From the NCBI RefSeq assembly GCF_006345805.1, contig NC_043007.1, forward strand, positions 10,788,001 to 10,852,000: DNA of 64,000 nt, written 5' to 3'. The notes beneath the pieces are model-generated. The model made no database searches and was not told the DNA's origin. It was given only the letters and a program-made list of their open reading frames with translations. Shown here in pieces: positions 60,896 through 64,000 of this stretch (position 1 is its first letter; the number at the start of each line of letters is the position of its first letter). Source of the stretch: Octopus sinensis (taxonomy: Eukaryota). Position numbers and translations under genes: made by a program.

Positions 60896-61789
60896 ATATA
60901 TTAATAATATTTTTTTAATAATTTTGTTATATATTTAAATAATATAAATTAAATAATCTTATGTATTGGCTTAAGTTTTTATTGTATGATTTGCCTAATA
61001 GTGGTTTTGTCTCTAATTTAATATAATATTATAATATATATTATATATATATAATATATATATTAGGCTGGGATTTCGTTATTTTCTTTCTCTTTATCAT
61101 ATACGGGGTGCAAATTCTGTTTGTTTGTGGAGACTTTTTTTACTAGTAGGAGAAATGGTGATCTATTTGGCTGCCATTTCTAATATTTTCGGTATGTGGT
61201 TTTGAGCAACTTGTTGCAATTAACCCTTTATTATAATTAATATAATCCTTACCAAATATGGTCTTTTCCATATCGATAAAACTACTAGGTGAAATTTATT
61301 AATTTTATTAAATTAATTATATTTCACCCTTTTTGTATATTATATATATATATATATATACATACATACATACGTATATATATATTCTTTATTTTTTCTT
61401 GATTCCACAATATCATTTCCATAACAATCGTATCTATTGGTTACTCACACTACCAGGGTAACTGACCTGCCTAACTATGTTTTCTATCTTTAATTACTTC
61501 AAGTCTTTCTGTGAGGGAAGACTTGGTCTGTAGCAAAAATACAGAGCTCCATCGTTGTAAGGTAGATAACCAATATAAATTCATACTCTGAACTTGAGAA
61601 AAGAATTGCACATTCATACTGTTCCGCTTACTAATTACATTTATTATGTATGTATGTCATTATTCAATTTCATTTCAAGATTTCTTGCCAACAGAGAAAG
61701 ACTAACCTAGATTCAAGGCTCCTTCATAAGAATTTCAACATCAACGACAGGGTACCTTTGTTTGTATTTAAGTATGCATGCGTGAATGT

Positions 61790-62030
61790 ATGTATTATGT
61801 ATGTATGTGTGTATGTATGTATGTATGTATGTATGTATGTATGTATGTATGTATGTATGTATGTGTATGTATGTATGCATGTATGTATGTATGTATGTAT
61901 GTATGTATGTATGTATGCATGCATGTATGTATGTATATATGTATGCATGTATGTATGTATGTATGTATGTATGTATGTATGTATGTATGTATGTATGTAT
62001 GGATGGATGGATGGATGGATGGATGGATGG

Positions 62031-62060
<30 letters not shown>
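61790..62060. repeat. (TATG)n-(GATG)n microsatellite
   Basis: Directly visible. Confidence 0.97.
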
Positions 62061-62061
<1 letters not shown>

Positions 62062-62749
62062 TTCTCTTCAATTTTTAACAATCTGATGTTTTCCTGTCCG
62101 GTAGGAATAAGCTTCTACCAAAGATACAAAGTTTATCCTTGGAATGTACATAAAATCAAATTAAATTCACATTTTGAAATTGATAAAAGTCTTGCATATT
62201 TTTACCGTTCCGCTTACAGCTTGTATTTGTAAAATTCGTATTAGCTATTTATAACAATCCAGTGTAGGGCATCTGTGTGTGTGTGTGTCTGTGTGTGTGT
62301 CTGTGTGTATGCAACCATAATAATTTCGCATATATACTAGAATGTGTTACAATAACGTTCTAAGCAATTATTGAGTACTGTGAGATTTATAACACAACAA
62401 CGAATATCGAGATATATTTGATGATATATGTGTGTCTGTGTGCGTGTGTGTGTATAAGTGTATGTGTCTGGAGTGTAGTGTATGTGGTGTGCAGTGTATG
62501 TGTCTGGAGTGTAGTGTATGTGGTGTGCATGTGCAGTATATATGGGTTGTACATATGAGTGTATGTATGCAGTGTGTCTGTATTCTTACATAACCAAACC
62601 GTGCACTGACAATGTGACAACAATTCTTGCAGACTTAAACATCACACGGGGAAAAAATTTAGAAAAAAACAAAAATGAAATAAAACTGATGTCAGTGGGG
62701 AAAAAACAATTATTTTAGAATGATTAGCTAGTAATTATATATTTCACTC

Positions 62750-62777
62750 AATAATAACAATAATAATAATAATAATA

Positions 62778-62824
<47 letters not shown>

Positions 62825-63075
62825 CAATAATAATAATGATGATTATAATGATATAATAATAATAAAAAGAAGAAGAAAATTAAATATGATGATGATGATG
62901 ATGATAATAATAATCATAACAACAACAACAGCAAAAACAACAACAATAATAATAATGATGATGATAATGATAATAACAATGAGAATAAGATTTGATGATG
63001 ATGATGACGACGATGATGGTGATGATGATGATAATATTAATAACAACAATAACAATAAAAAATATAATAATAATG

Positions 63076-63130
<55 letters not shown>

Positions 63131-63180
63131 TGATGATGATAATAATAATAATAATGATGATGATGATAATAATAATAATA

Positions 63181-63218
<38 letters not shown>

Positions 63219-63250
63219 AACAATAATAATAATAATAATAATAATGAAAA
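62750..63250. repeat. (AAT/GAT/AAC)n compound array
   Basis: Directly visible. Confidence 0.95.
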
Positions 63251-63814
63251 AATACAGACGCACAATATGAAAAGAAAAAAAACGAAAACAGATGGAATTA
63301 ACTCCAAGATATTCTTTGATGACGTTGACTGCATTCATATGTGTTAAAGATTTTGTTTAAAGTTAAAAGGACGACAGAGATCTTCTGGTAGACGTTAGAT
63401 TTCTCAACTAAATAGGAAAAGATTGTATTTCAGATATAAATATTAACTATGTCGTCTACTTTTCAATGTGTATGGAGATATATATATATATTTGTGTTAA
63501 GTACGTTTTGATTGTTAGAAATTGATAGAAACAATAGGGTATAATTAAGAAATTAAAAAGAATTATAAACACACACACACGTACACGCACTCACATACAC
63601 ACTCACATGCGAACACACACACACACACATATGTATATATAGATAAATATCTGTATTTATTCATATACGTGTGTGTATATATTTATATATATATATATAT
63701 GCACATACAAATGTGTATGTGTCTATATGACCGTGTTTATGGACATAACTATGTATAAATGTATGACTACAAGTCTATATAACATACATATATACATACA
63801 TATGTCAGTATGTG

Positions 63815-63847
<33 letters not shown>

Positions 63848-63935
63848 TTATACATTTTGCATCTAAGTCTGTTTCTGTCCTTTTCTTTTTCTTTTTCACT
63901 TATTTTTTTCTGTTTATATATATATATATATATAG

Positions 63936-63989
<54 letters not shown>

Positions 63990-64000
63990 TATATATATAT

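Overview
Eukaryotic, AT-rich genomic DNA saturated with microsatellites and SINEs; the repeat families and (CA/TA/AAT) load suggest an octopus genome (inference, species not determinable). I can support one protein-coding gene: a five-exon Pim-family Ser/Thr kinase on + (ATG 16887 to TGA 21724, 900 nt, 299 aa, all introns GT-AG with compatible phases). It has a CCAAT/TATA-like promoter, a long ATG-poor leader and a 1-2.3 kb 3'UTR, inside a ~9 kb island with no recognisable SINE. The rest is mobile-element debris: several tRNA-headed SINE families (called A, B, C here), RTE, CR1-like and R4/Dong LINE relics, TIR MITEs, a Helitron-like remnant, Penelope-like termini, a 97-bp minisatellite and one 100-N gap. 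Nearly all ORFs in the supplied track are microsatellite or SINE artefacts. Top observations: (1) three miR-33 seed sites in the Pim 3'UTR, one with extensive 3' pairing; (2) hammerhead-ribozyme folds from several unrelated repeat families, one with a fully canonical core at 60832-60895; (3) a SINE that multimerises and inserts into its own head via tail/head microhomology; (4) a CR1-like LINE and SINE A sharing a 3' stem-loop. All structure and regulatory calls were made by eye and need computational and experimental confirmation.
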